Source of the DNA: an uncultured Chloroflexia bacterium
Lineage (GTDB): Bacteria; Chloroflexota; UBA6077; JACCZL01
Length of the DNA: 64,000 nucleotides
Assembly: GCA_963765765.1 (NCBI GenBank)
Contig: CAVXYC010000021.1
Location: 60,591-124,590, forward strand
Reading direction: 5' to 3'
Positions 9,905 through 20,414 of the stretch are shown one piece after another. A program made the translations under genes and the position numbers. Numbering within the stretch: position 1 is the stretch's first letter; each line of letters starts with the position of its first letter. The notes beneath the pieces are model-generated. The model saw only the letters and a list, made by a program, of their open reading frames with translations. It made no database searches and was not told the origin of the DNA.

Positions 9905-10735
9905 TCACGCCCCGCGGGCGATGGACACAGGCTCGCTACGCGTGGCCGACAGCTTATCGGACACGAGGATCAGGTCGCCCTGCCGAAGCACCACCATCTC
10001 GGCGCCGTACGTCTGGCTCAGCACCTCAGGGGTAAAGACGTCATCCGGAGCGCCTTCCGCAACTATCTGCCCGTTCAGGCAGATCACCCAGGGAAGATGA
10101 GCCGCCACGGAGTTGAGATCATGCGTGGTGAGCACCACGGTGACCCCGTCTGCATTCAAGTCGGCGAGGAGATGCAAGATCTCATGTCGCGTCTTGATGT
10201 CGGCGCTGGCCGTGGGCTCGTCCAGTAGCAAGAGCTGGGGCGACCGTATGAGCGCACGCGCCAGGAACACGCGCTGCTGTTGACCGCCGGAGAGATCACG
10301 GATGTGGCGTTGGGAGCAATCGGCAATGCCGAGCCGTTCGAGCAGCTCGGCCATTCGCCGTCGATGTTCCCGCGACGGCCACGGCCAGAGCCCGCCCTCG
10401 GCCGTAAGTCCCATGAGCACGACCTCCTCGGCCGTGACCGGGAAGGTCCAGTCAATCGTCTCGAGCTGCGGCACATAGCCGATGCGAGTGCCTCTCTCGG
10501 CGGAATCGCCTCCGAGACGGACTGCCCCGTGGTAAATATCCGCTCGCCCTAACAGCGCCCGTAACAACGTGGTCTTGCCCGATCCGCTGGGGCCGACGAT
10601 CCCCGCGAACTGACCGGGGTAGAGGTCCAGTGAGATGTTTTCAAGCACGGTCTGACCGTCATAGCCGCAAGTCAGATCGGTGATCTGAACGAACGGCCTG
10701 GTGGTCTGTTGCGGGCGCGGTGGTGTCGAGATCAT
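9905..10735 (-). CDS. Metal ABC transporter ATP-binding protein
   Basis: GPSGSGKTT, IGYVPQ, LSGGQQQRVFLARAL, LLLDEP, TTHDL; ATGA overlap with the upstream gene. Confidence 0.93.
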   Translation of the reverse strand: MISTPPRPQQTTRPFVQITDLTCGYDGQTVLENISLDLYPGQFAGIVGPSGSGKTTLLRALLGRADIYHGAVRLGGDSAERGTRIGYVPQLETIDWTFPVTAEEVVLMGLTAEGGLWPWPSREHRRRMAELLERLGIADCSQRHIRDLSGGQQQRVFLARALIRSPQLLLLDEPTASADIKTRHEILHLLADLNADGVTVVLTTHDLNSVAAHLPWVICLNGQIVAEGAPDDVFTPEVLSQTYGAEMVVLRQGDLILVSDKLSATRSEPVSIARGA

Positions 10736-11695
10736 TGACTGAAGGTATTCCGTGGATCGAACGAATTGAGCGGCGAGGGATCTCCACCGAGCGCCTCGGC
10801 CATGAGCTGAACATCGAATTGAAGCATGCCGAAGTAGCTGTGTTCCGGAGCTGTTTCAGCTCCCGGCAGATCATCGTCCCGCAGCTCATCGAAATAGCGC
10901 ACCCCGGCTTCACGACCGATCTGCTCCAGGACTCGACTGGGGAAGACCTCCGAGCCAAAGATGGCCGGCACGCTTTTCAGCCCGCACCTGGTCGATCAGT
11001 GCCGCCACCTCGCGTGGAGACGGCTCGGAAAAGTCCGATGGCTGGATAGCGCCAATCACCGACATTCCGTAGCGAGGGGCGAAGTACGCGAACGAGTCGT
11101 GATAAGTGAGCAGCTTGCGGCTCGTGGTCGGAATGGTCTCAATTGTCGCCATGATCGCGCTATCGAGATCGCGGATCTTCGATTGGAACTGCCAGACGTT
11201 TGCACGAAAGTAATCGGCGTTCGCAGGATCCAGCTCACTGAACGCCTCACCCATGAGCTCGGCATAGCGGGCGGCATAGATTGGATTCATCCAGACGTGT
11301 GGATTCGGATCACCGTGCTCCTCGGGGAAACTGAAATCGAACATCCACTGCTCAGGCGAGATGGTCTTATCCCCCAGCGTGAGCAGCTTCGCACCTTGTT
11401 TCATATTCGCTTGGGCAAGCTCGATAGTGGTTTCCTCGAGTGCTAATCCGTTGGCGACGATCAAGTCCGCATTGGCAAGCCTGCGCGCATCACTGGGAGA
11501 AGGCTCGAATGTGTGGGAATCGACCCCGCCGGGTACCAGCCCTTCCAGCGAAATGCGTGTACCACCCACGTTGAGGGCAATATTGGTAAGCGGTGCAACC
11601 GTAGTGATCACATTGATACGAGGCTGCGCCAGGACGCGCGCTGGAGTCATCGTCCCTAACAGAAGCGCCAGGACAACAAGTACTCGGTAGATCAT
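10732..11695 (-). CDS. Metal ABC transporter substrate-binding protein, ZnuA/TroA family (frameshift near 10972)
   Basis: Signal peptide; DSHTFEPSP, NGLALE, DPNPHVWMNP, YHDSFAYF; C-terminus in ORF 10732-10971. Confidence 0.9.
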
Positions 11696-11756
11696 TACGT
11701 TTGGAAAACCCGTGCGAGTGTTCGGTCGCTCCTTTGTATCGTGTTCACAACGTTAA

Positions 11757-11770
11757 TGCAAGTCATTGCA
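11757..11770. promoter_or_regulatory. Candidate Fur/Zur-family operator
   Basis: Palindrome TGCAA-gtca-TTGCA in an AT-rich patch about 60 bp upstream of the metal ABC operon. Confidence 0.4.
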
Positions 11771-11952
11771 ACTAGCAGCTTGCGCATCCGGAATACGCTC
11801 CCGAATACCGGCTGGGGGCGCTGTATGGAGAGCGACGCGCGCACGCTGATTGGCGGAATTCCGTACCGGTCGTAGAATAGCGGGATCGCCCAGGTGAATC
11901 GCCCGCGCATGAGCGAGACACATCCAGGTGGGAGGAGCCGCGCAGTTACGCC

Positions 11953-13239
11953 ATGAGTGAAGAGAAGTCGTCATCATCAGGCCCACTATCGTGGAATAGC
12001 GTCCTCTCGCTGTACGTACCGGGCATGCTGCTCATGCTAGGAAGCAGCATGGTAGCTCCCGTCATTCCCGTCTATGCGAAGTCGTTCGAGGTTACGCTGA
12101 CTACGGCAGCCTGGGTGTTCGTCGCCTACGCAACTGGTTCCGTCGCTGCCACATTCCCCGCTGGCTACATGATGGACAAGATCGGCCGCCGACCGGTCAT
12201 ACTCAGTGGACCAATCATCACCGCCATCGCGGCGTTTCTTACCCCCCATGCAGGCACATTCTGGGAGCTGCTGTTCTGGCGGTTTCTGTCTGGCGCCGCT
12301 CAGCAGCTCTGGCAGCAAGGTCGCCTGGCCGTCATTACCGATACGGCACAGCACCGGGAGCGCGCACGACTGGTGCAGTGGATGCAAGGCGTAGGGCGGG
12401 GCGGTCAGCTCATGGGACCTGCCATCGGCGGGTTTCTGGCCGCGGCCTTTGGAGTTGCCATCCCGTTTTACGTCTACGGCCTGCTGACACTTATTGCCGT
12501 ATTGCCCAGCTTCAAGCTCATCAAGGAAACCGCGCCCGAGCTGCGCAAGCGAAAGAGCGGTGAAGAAGCGGTGGTAGACACGGGTTGGAAGGGCGTCATC
12601 TCATATCTTCTGACGTTCCAGATACTCGTCTTCCTGACGATTCAGCTTCTGGCCAATATGTCGCGCGGCGGCCAGGAGTACGGATCGCTGAACCTCTACG
12701 CCGTGTACGCCTACGACATGGGCCCGGCTACCCTGGGCGTTCTAAGCACCGTGGCAATCGTGTTTGGCATCCCGGTGCCATTCCTGAGCGGTTACCTGAT
12801 GGACAAATTCGGGCGTCGCTCCGTGATTGTGCCCGGCTTCAGCCTCTTCGCCATCGCCCTGGTATTGATGTCATTCACGTCGTTCGCGTCGCTGCCAATT
12901 GAGTACTTCATGGTGATGTACGTGGTGGTGCAGGCGACTCAGGGTGTTACTGGTGGCACCATGCAGGTGCTAGGAGCGGACCTTTCACCGACGACCGGCC
13001 GCGGTAAGTTCTTCGGCATCTGGCGCATGATCTCTCAGATTGGCGCTGCCATTACCCCCGCTATTTTCGCCTTCATCGCCGATACGTTCGGCTACGGCTC
13101 AGGTTTCATCTACCTGGCCCTGTGCGCCGGTGGCGTGGCTCTCGGTGTCGGCGCGGTTCTGGGCGATACCCTGGCGCGCCACGACCGCGAGGATCGCGAG
13201 AAGTCAGGCAACGTAGGGGTGAAGGGGGCGTCGGCGTAG
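11953..13239 (+). CDS. MFS transporter
   Basis: About 12 hydrophobic segments; motif A twice (GYMMDKIGRR, GYLMDKFGRR). Confidence 0.92.
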   Translation: MSEEKSSSSGPLSWNSVLSLYVPGMLLMLGSSMVAPVIPVYAKSFEVTLTTAAWVFVAYATGSVAATFPAGYMMDKIGRRPVILSGPIITAIAAFLTPHAGTFWELLFWRFLSGAAQQLWQQGRLAVITDTAQHRERARLVQWMQGVGRGGQLMGPAIGGFLAAAFGVAIPFYVYGLLTLIAVLPSFKLIKETAPELRKRKSGEEAVVDTGWKGVISYLLTFQILVFLTIQLLANMSRGGQEYGSLNLYAVYAYDMGPATLGVLSTVAIVFGIPVPFLSGYLMDKFGRRSVIVPGFSLFAIALVLMSFTSFASLPIEYFMVMYVVVQATQGVTGGTMQVLGADLSPTTGRGKFFGIWRMISQIGAAITPAIFAFIADTFGYGSGFIYLALCAGGVALGVGAVLGDTLARHDREDREKSGNVGVKGASA

Positions 13240-13294
13240 ATAGCTAACTGGGGGCGTCGGCGTAGATCTGACTCAGGCCCCCTGACCTGAACGG

Positions 13295-13323
13295 CTGTCA
13301 TCCTTCTGCGCTCAGGATGACAG
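13295..13323. repeat. Internally deleted family A repeat
   Basis: ctgtcatcct-tctgcgctc-aggatgacag keeps both termini of the 7714 element. Confidence 0.65.
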
Positions 13324-13391
13324 GGCTACAGCGGTTGGGTGAGCATTCCGAGACCTGAAGTTTCTTAGAACGGATCAACCCCAGAGCGAAA

Positions 13392-14570
13392 TTACAGCCA
13401 TTGCTGCTCGTGCTCGAGCCCGAAGAGCGCCTGACCCACCGTCTCCAGGTGCTCCGCGCGGCCCTGAACCTGTTGGGATACCGCGTGAATATCCCGAAAG
13501 CGTCGCTCAAATGGGTGGCTGGTGAAAATTGCCGTGGCGCCGGCCATGTGGAACGTGGCATCCGCCACCTTCATCGCCTGCAGGATGGAGAACGTTGTGG
13601 CCAACCGGATCGCAATGCGGTGGTCGTGCGATACCGAACCTTGGCTCAGTGCGTCATCCCAGGCAGCTTCCACGGTTTGCCGCAAGTACATGCGGCAGGA
13701 GCGCAGGAGCGCTTCGTTCTCCGCTACGCGGGATTGGATCACCGCGTTATCTCGAAGGATGCCCGTAGCACCACGGGGGATCTTGGTAGTGGCGAGCTCG
13801 ATGAACGCGTCGTGCATCGCACCAGCCAGCCCTAGCGCCACATGAGAAAACCCAATGGCGTGCACAGGCGTGAAGCCAGCGCGTGGAAAACGGTAGAGCA
13901 TGCCTGACTCGAGCGGCTGATCGTATGGCATTAAGGCAATGCGATCGGCCTGAATGAACATGTCCGCTACACCGTAGAGGTCACTGCCGGTGCCGCGTAG
14001 GCCGCTTACGTGCCAGATGTCCTGGAACTCCGCTTCTGACTGACGGAAGTAGGCGGTGCACGTCTGTGGCTGGCCATCGTCCCGCAGAATAGTGCTGCCA
14101 TCAGCTCGCTGCATCACGCAGCCGCCGGCCAGCCATGTGGCGTGTCGCGAGCCGCTGCCAAACGGCCATTTACCTGTCACACGCCAACCGCCATCCGTCT
14201 CGATGGCGACACCCGGGGTACCGGCGCCTGATGCGACGATCACGTCCGGATCGCTGAAGATTTCCGCGGCGCCGGGCAGAAACCCCGAGACGAGCGCTGC
14301 CACGGCACCCTGTGAAGTGCACCAGGCGGTACTGCCATCGGCGCGGGCGATGGTTTCCATAATCTCGCCGTAGTACGGCAGCGGAATCTCAGCGCCGCCC
14401 ATGGATCGCGGCACGAGCACCTTAAAGACGCCGATCTCAGACAGGCCCTGGATAATTTCGCGCGGGATCCGCCGCTCCTGCTCGATCCGCGGGCTGGCCT
14501 CGGCGATGCGCGGTGCGAATTCGCGCACCGCGTCAATGATCTCTGTTGCGCTCAAGTGTTGGGCAACCAT
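13392..14570 (-). CDS. Acyl-CoA dehydrogenase-fold flavin-dependent monooxygenase (HsaA-like)
   Basis: ARADGSTAWC, GGWRVTGKWPFGSG, WHVSGLRGTGS, FERRFRDIHA. Confidence 0.9.
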   Translation of the reverse strand: MVAQHLSATEIIDAVREFAPRIAEASPRIEQERRIPREIIQGLSEIGVFKVLVPRSMGGAEIPLPYYGEIMETIARADGSTAWCTSQGAVAALVSGFLPGAAEIFSDPDVIVASGAGTPGVAIETDGGWRVTGKWPFGSGSRHATWLAGGCVMQRADGSTILRDDGQPQTCTAYFRQSEAEFQDIWHVSGLRGTGSDLYGVADMFIQADRIALMPYDQPLESGMLYRFPRAGFTPVHAIGFSHVALGLAGAMHDAFIELATTKIPRGATGILRDNAVIQSRVAENEALLRSCRMYLRQTVEAAWDDALSQGSVSHDHRIAIRLATTFSILQAMKVADATFHMAGATAIFTSHPFERRFRDIHAVSQQVQGRAEHLETVGQALFGLEHEQQWL

Positions 14571-14610
14571 GAGGGTGGCTCAGTGTACTCCAAGGTTCCG
14601 AGGCCGCGAA

Positions 14611-14708
14611 CAGAGCCGCATCCCGTGAGGGTGCGGTTCCTCTCGCGGACGCATCAATTGATCGAAGCCATTCGAATCAGGACCGCGCCCTCACGGGATG
14701 CGGCTCTG
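14611..14708. repeat. REP-like inverted doublet (family B)
   Basis: cagagccgcatcccgtgagggtgcggttcct ... aggaccgcgccctcacgggatgcggctctg. Confidence 0.8.
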
Positions 14709-14714
14709 CTGGTC

Positions 14715-15779
14715 TTACGCCGCGATGCCGTAAAACTCCGCGGCATTGGGGCCCAGGATGCGGTCAACAATGGCCGGGTCAATCCCGCCCTGATTGCGGA
14801 TGTTCCGCATCGCTTCGATCTCGCTGCTCTGGTCCTGGTGGCCGTAATCCGTACCGATCATCAGATGACCCGGGTTGGCGTACTTCAGCACCGTCGGCAA
14901 ATCGTCATCCGTCTGGGCGGTTACCCAGATGTTGTACGCGCCCAGCACGTCCTCCTCGAGCTGCCGCCCGCGGGTCTCGAGTCGGCGCCGCAGATCGTGG
15001 ATGACGTAGGGGATCCATTGCGAGCTTGCCTCAATGTAGCCGAAGCGCAGCTTGGGGAACTTCTTGGGCATGCCCGTGGTTACGAGCTGATGAAAGCTGG
15101 CCACTGATGACAGTCGAAACGCGCCAAACGTCCCGCCGATCCCGTCCTTGGCCATGATGCCCAACATCCCGGAGTTGGAATTGCCAATGTGCACGGTAAT
15201 CGGCACGCTCAGCCGCTGCGCTTCCTCATAGATCGGATAGAAGTGCTCGTCCACGAGCAAACGCTCGTCCTCGATGCTGCGCATCGTGATGCCACAGCAG
15301 CCGCGTTCCATAGACCAATGCAGCTGCTTGATCGCTTCATCCATCGTTTCCAGTGGCAGGATGCACGTCCAACGCAAGCGGCCCTTGCTCTGTTGCCAGA
15401 TGTCCGCCAGCCAGCGGTTGTAGCTCTTCGCCAGAGCAATCTCCGTCTCGGGCGTGTCGCACATCCTATTGATGTACATCGTGGGATAGAGCACCTGGAC
15501 ATCGATGCCCAGCTCATCCATGTGCGCAACGCGGCCCGGAATGTCTTCCATGTACCGTTTGGAATCGTCCGTCACCATGTTGCGCTTCACGCTATCGGAG
15601 ATTCCCCGCGCCGCCACAGGACCGCGCGCTCGACCGCGGATCTTGCCGTCGATCAGCCAGTATTTCACACCGTCCGGTGCGTCAACGATAATGGGACGAT
15701 ACTTCTCCTCGTCAGGATCCATGTAGTCCCAGGTATGCTCTGTTTCGACGACATGCGCATCAGCATCGATGACCGGCAT
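14715..15779 (-). CDS. Amidohydrolase family protein (amidohydro_2)
   Basis: IDADAH, MDELGIDVQVLYPT, YNRWLAD, VHIG, GTDYGH; start chosen from RBS ggagg spacing. Confidence 0.9.
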   Translation of the reverse strand: MPVIDADAHVVETEHTWDYMDPDEEKYRPIIVDAPDGVKYWLIDGKIRGRARGPVAARGISDSVKRNMVTDDSKRYMEDIPGRVAHMDELGIDVQVLYPTMYINRMCDTPETEIALAKSYNRWLADIWQQSKGRLRWTCILPLETMDEAIKQLHWSMERGCCGITMRSIEDERLLVDEHFYPIYEEAQRLSVPITVHIGNSNSGMLGIMAKDGIGGTFGAFRLSSVASFHQLVTTGMPKKFPKLRFGYIEASSQWIPYVIHDLRRRLETRGRQLEEDVLGAYNIWVTAQTDDDLPTVLKYANPGHLMIGTDYGHQDQSSEIEAMRNIRNQGGIDPAIVDRILGPNAAEFYGIAA

Positions 15780-15943
15780 GTGCATAGCCTCCGCGAGAGA
15801 TCCGAACTGCAGCAAAACCGCGCATCCACGGCTGCCCAGTGCCTCGAATCGTAGCCTTCGAGCCATCGTCAGTCAATGAACGCTGGATGCATTCTCTCAA
15901 CGCGCGGGCCAGGGGCGCGGCACAATCGGCTACCATCGAAGTC

Positions 15944-16639
15944 ATGCCCACTGGTTCCATCGTCCCTCTTGTTCTGTCCGTCTTTGTCTCTCTTCTCCCG
16001 GCGAGTGCCTCAGCGCAAGTGCCGCCCTCTCCCGAGGAGATCGCTGCTTACAGCGCTCTTCACCGCGCTGCCGCTGACAATGATGTCGGAACGCTGGAAT
16101 CGCTTCTCGCATCCGGGACCTCGCCAGACTCCCGCGACGGGTATCACCGCAGCCCCCTCCATGTGGCCGCCTATCGTTCACAGCACGATGCCATGCGGGC
16201 ACTTGTAGCAGGAGGCGCCGATGCAAATGCACTGGAGCGGGATTTCTATGACATCGTCACGATCGCCGCGGTAGCGGATGACTTGCCAACGCTCCAGCTC
16301 GCCTTAGAGCTAGGCTGTAGCGCCGGAAATATCACCAGCCGCTACGTCGGTACTGCGCTCATCGCCGCGGCCCATCTGGGTCACGTGGAAGTAGTGGAAA
16401 CGCTCATCGCCGCGGGCGCTCCGCTGGACCACGTGAACAACCTTTCATGGACGGCGCTTATCGAGTCGATCGTTCTCGGCAATGGCGGGCCTCGCCACAC
16501 CGCCACGCTCCGCGCCCTGGTCTCTAGCGGAGCCAACGTCAACGTCGCGGACGGTCGGGGTCAGACGCCGCTTGCTCTTGCTCGAGCCCGTGGATACACG
16601 GAGATGACCCAGATCCTGGAGACAGCAGGTGCTCGATAA
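15944..16639 (+). CDS. Secreted ankyrin repeat protein
   Basis: Signal peptide ending ASA-Q; SPLHVAA, TALIAAAHLGHVEVV, GQTPLALA. Confidence 0.85.
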   Translation: MPTGSIVPLVLSVFVSLLPASASAQVPPSPEEIAAYSALHRAAADNDVGTLESLLASGTSPDSRDGYHRSPLHVAAYRSQHDAMRALVAGGADANALERDFYDIVTIAAVADDLPTLQLALELGCSAGNITSRYVGTALIAAAHLGHVEVVETLIAAGAPLDHVNNLSWTALIESIVLGNGGPRHTATLRALVSSGANVNVADGRGQTPLALARARGYTEMTQILETAGAR

Positions 16640-16871
16640 ATGACGCACTTTGTACGTGGCGAGCGACCCCGGTACAGGACACAGCCCGGCATGTAGTGAG
16701 TGCTTCAGCGCTTTTACCGGGCGTCCGAGAGCAAGCGTAGCGAGGCGGCCCGCGGCATCACGGCTAGCAGCGACCACGGAGCGATCGCAAACCGAATCGC
16801 TGCGCTCGCTTTCCGTGATACGGCGCCGAAGCACTCACTACACGCGACGGGCACCCGATTCTCATCAACGC

Positions 16872-17274
16872 TCAGCGCGGGGCCGGCGTCTCGGCCCGCA
16901 TGACAGAGCGCATATGGATCACCAACAACACAATCAGCGCGACCTCGATGATCTTCGACAGATAACCCGTTCCCATTGGATTAGGAAGGCCTATCTGCAC
17001 CCATCCGACGATCGATAGGAAAGCGACCACGAGGAGCGCCACGTCTATCAGCCAACGACGAGGACCCAGATAGTCGCGGGCCAAACCAGAACGCCACGGC
17101 CAGAATCACGTAGACGACGAAATTGAGTGTGAACAACTGGTTGAGCGGCAGTGGAAACGGACTAGGAAACGGCAGCGGGCCCCACAGATTTCCGCGGAAT
17201 AGCAGCCAGTTCAGCCACAGATGAAGGACGCCATCCAAAAGCGCCAAGATGACGATGAGTGTTCGCAATTGCAT
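16872..17274 (-). CDS. Small membrane protein (frameshift near 17075)
   Basis: Four hydrophobic segments across ORFs 16981-17418 and 16872-17084; RBS aggag before ATG 17274. Confidence 0.6.
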
Positions 17275-17431
17275 GGTTACTGGCTGTCTCCCTACAGCGT
17301 AGCTAATTCGTCGCCACTGCCCGGGCGCACCTCGGACAGCATGTGCGAGCACCATAATTTGACTCGGCATGGGGCGCGCTTGGAGTGCAGCCAACCATTC
17401 GAGTCTGAGTACTTGCAACTGAAGCCGTTCC

Positions 17432-17803
17432 TTATACGCATGGCCTCAGGAAAAAGTTCGCGGCGCCAGCCAGAACGATAGCGAAGAGAAACATGGCGCT
17501 TAGCAAAACGGTGAGCGTTCCCAGAAACCCGTGCTCCATCATCAGTTCTTGACTCTCTCGGCCGTCTGCTATTGATGAAGGTCGCCGCGCTGGGCCGCGC
17601 AACGCGTAGATCCACGCGACAACGGTGACGCCGAGCGCCAGAACAGTGGTGAGGTGGCGCAGGCTCAGAAGCATCGAGTCCGCCACTGCGACGCAGTCCA
17701 ACCACGCCAGGAAATAGCTCAATACCAGGTGCAAAGACCACACAGCGGTGATAATCAGCAGCGCCAGGCTCATTCGAATCAAACGAGATTGCCCTGTCAC
17801 CAC
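17432..17803 (-). CDS. Three-TM membrane protein, probable oxidase-associated small subunit
   Basis: Three hydrophobic segments (AVWSLHLVLSY...C), ending PCV; directly downstream of oxidase subunit I. Confidence 0.6.
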   Translation of the reverse strand: MVTGQSRLIRMSLALLIITAVWSLHLVLSYFLAWLDCVAVADSMLLSLRHLTTVLALGVTVVAWIYALRGPARRPSSIADGRESQELMMEHGFLGTLTVLLSAMFLFAIVLAGAANFFLRPCV

Positions 17804-17858
17804 TCACACTCGCAATGATGCGGATCGAGTGCCTTACCAGCCGTGCAGTGTTCCGTCA

Positions 17859-20414
17859 TTATCCGAGGCGGGGGGTGAGATAGAGCACCGCGAAGAGCAC
17901 CAGCCAGTTGATTGCGATAGCGGACAGGTAAAGCGCCGCGTTCTGGACTGCAAGGAATCGTCGGCGATCGAAGTATCCCAGTAGGGCCTGCGTGAGCACG
18001 ACGCCGGCGAGTATGAGCCCAACGACAACCAGGACCAACTGATACCAGCCCAGCAGCAGGAACGCGGACCCATACGCGTGCGCAGTGTGCGAGATCCCCT
18101 GCCAGCTCTGTAGCGCCGCCACCAGGAACAGCCCACCAAGAAGCAGCGCCGCTGTTAACCACAGCCTTAGCTGACCCTGGGCGCCACCACGAATACTCCG
18201 CAATGCCAGGTTCGCCGCGACGGCACACCCTACCAGCGACAGTGTCGCCACCCCGGGCTGCATCAGATCAGGCACCGAATACCCGTCCGGCGGCCAGGCC
18301 GCCGCGTTCGCGTAGGTGAAGTAGTAGCTGAAGATCATGCAGACACTTGCCACAATCATCACGAGGACGATGTGCAGCATCGTCCACCAGCCCAGGGCGC
18401 TGGTTCCAGATGTGTAGACCGGCAGTCCATGCAGCGTGGACCCGTCACCGGCCAGACGCCGCTCCCGCTCCAGCTTGCTGGGCCAGAGCCAGCCGATCGT
18501 TGCAAGGACCGTAGCCACGGTGGAGAATGCCAACAGCCAGTACAGGTCAAACAGCGTGGCGACGAAATTGAGTGTGAGCGTCACCGCGGCCACCAGCGGC
18601 CAGAGCGACGGCCCGGCCAGGCGAGCAATGGCGCGCGGCTCCGCGGTGAAAACGCTCGTCACGAGCTGCGCACGCCACGCCGTGGGTGACTCAGCTAGAC
18701 CATGCACCACGCGCTCGTACTCGGGGTCGCCACTGCCGATGTCCTTTTGCTCCCAGAGCGGATAGCGGCTTTGCACGATCGGGATCACTCGATAGCCCTC
18801 GTCCGGCGGTGGTGTTGGTGTGGCCCAGTCCATCGTGCCCGCGTCCCACGGATTGTCATTTGGAATTTCACCGCGCCCCAGCAAGACGCTCCGGATGACG
18901 TTCCACATGAATACAGACACGCCCAGAGCCAGGATGAATGCGCCAATCGTGGAAATGAGGTTGGTGGTCTCCCAGCCCAGTCCCGGTGGATACGTGTAGG
19001 CACGCCTCGGCATGCCCAGCAGCCCTGTGATGTGCATAGGGAAAAAGGTGACCTGAAAGCCGAGGAACATCAGCCAGAAGTTCCAGCGGCCCAGCCGCTC
19101 ATCAAGCAAACGCCCAACCAGCTTGGGCATCCAATAGTAGAAGCCGGCGAAGATTGGAAAGATCACGCCGCCGACCAGTACGTAGTGGAAGTGTCCCACC
19201 ACGAACTGCGTATCGTGTACCTGCCAATCAAACGGGACTGCTGCCACCATGACCCCCGTGACGCCGCCCGCGACGAAGGTGACGATGAAGCCCAGGGCAA
19301 AGAGGAGCGCGGTGGTAAATACTGGTCGGCCCAGCCAGAGGGTAGCGATCCAGGCCACCACCTGGATACCGCTGGGTATGGCAATGGACATACTGGCCGC
19401 GGCAAAGAAGCTCATACCCAGCACCGAAAGACCCGTACCGAACATGTGGTGTACCCATAACCCGAAGCTGATGATGGCCGTGGCAATCAGTGACGCCACG
19501 ATCAGGCTCTCGCCCACCAGCGGCCGGCGAGCAAACGCCGCGACAACCAGGGAGATAATGCCCGCGGCCGGGATGAACTGGATGTACACATCCGGGTGGC
19601 CGAAAATCCAGAACAGGTGCTGCCAGAGCAAAGGATCGCCGCCGGCGGACGGATCGAAGAAGCGGGTGCCCAGCTTGCGCTCGACCTCCAGCAGCGTCGT
19701 ACAGACCAACAGCGGCGTGAAGCCGAACAGCATGGCGTACGCCGTGACCAGAATGGACCAGCCGAAGATCGGTATGCGGCTCAGCGTCATGCCCGGGGCG
19801 CGCATTTTCAGCACAGCGATCGCTAGTTCGATGCCCGCCCCCAGCGCGGCCACCTCGGCCACACTCAGGCCTAGCAGCCAGAAATCTACACCCAGGTCGG
19901 GCGAGAACTGTGGTCCGGCTAGGGGCACGTACGAGGTCCAACCCACCTCTGGCACCTCGCCAAACGCTCTGCTGCTATAGAGAAGGATCGCGCCGAACAG
20001 GAACGTCCAGAAGCCAAAGGCGGTCATGCGCGGGAACGGCAGCTCGCGCGCACCCAGCAGCACCGGCATGGCAAAGCTAGCTAGCCCCTCCAGAAGGGGT
20101 ACCGTGACCAGGAACATCATGATTGAGCCGTGCATTGTGAAGAGCTGGTTGAAGTGCTGTGCATCAACCCACGTGTTTTCCGGTCTGGCAAGCTGAATGC
20201 GCATCATCAGCGCCTCTAGGCCGCCGATGACGAACAGCGCAAAGGCGGCGAACATGTATCGATTAACCACCGGCCCGTTCTGGACGGTGACGAGCCAGCC
20301 ATAAAGTCCCTCAGGGTCGTTCCACTGACGCAGAAGCGGATCACGCGGGTCCGGCTCTTCCTCCTCGGGTAACAGTCCAATCTCGCGCATGCGTCCAATG
20401 ACCCGGCCGATCAC
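17859..20414 (-). CDS. ctaD: Cytochrome c oxidase subunit I with fused subunit III-like C-terminus
   Basis: FTMHGS, WIFGHPDVY, WVHHMF, VGHFHY, GMPRR, then about 270 aa of extra TM region (WPP, HAYGS); GTG start overlaps the subunit II stop (GTGA). Confidence 0.93.
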   Translation of the reverse strand: MIGRVIGRMREIGLLPEEEEPDPRDPLLRQWNDPEGLYGWLVTVQNGPVVNRYMFAAFALFVIGGLEALMMRIQLARPENTWVDAQHFNQLFTMHGSIMMFLVTVPLLEGLASFAMPVLLGARELPFPRMTAFGFWTFLFGAILLYSSRAFGEVPEVGWTSYVPLAGPQFSPDLGVDFWLLGLSVAEVAALGAGIELAIAVLKMRAPGMTLSRIPIFGWSILVTAYAMLFGFTPLLVCTTLLEVERKLGTRFFDPSAGGDPLLWQHLFWIFGHPDVYIQFIPAAGIISLVVAAFARRPLVGESLIVASLIATAIISFGLWVHHMFGTGLSVLGMSFFAAASMSIAIPSGIQVVAWIATLWLGRPVFTTALLFALGFIVTFVAGGVTGVMVAAVPFDWQVHDTQFVVGHFHYVLVGGVIFPIFAGFYYWMPKLVGRLLDERLGRWNFWLMFLGFQVTFFPMHITGLLGMPRRAYTYPPGLGWETTNLISTIGAFILALGVSVFMWNVIRSVLLGRGEIPNDNPWDAGTMDWATPTPPPDEGYRVIPIVQSRYPLWEQKDIGSGDPEYERVVHGLAESPTAWRAQLVTSVFTAEPRAIARLAGPSLWPLVAAVTLTLNFVATLFDLYWLLAFSTVATVLATIGWLWPSKLERERRLAGDGSTLHGLPVYTSGTSALGWWTMLHIVLVMIVASVCMIFSYYFTYANAAAWPPDGYSVPDLMQPGVATLSLVGCAVAANLALRSIRGGAQGQLRLWLTAALLLGGLFLVAALQSWQGISHTAHAYGSAFLLLGWYQLVLVVVGLILAGVVLTQALLGYFDRRRFLAVQNAALYLSAIAINWLVLFAVLYLTPRLG

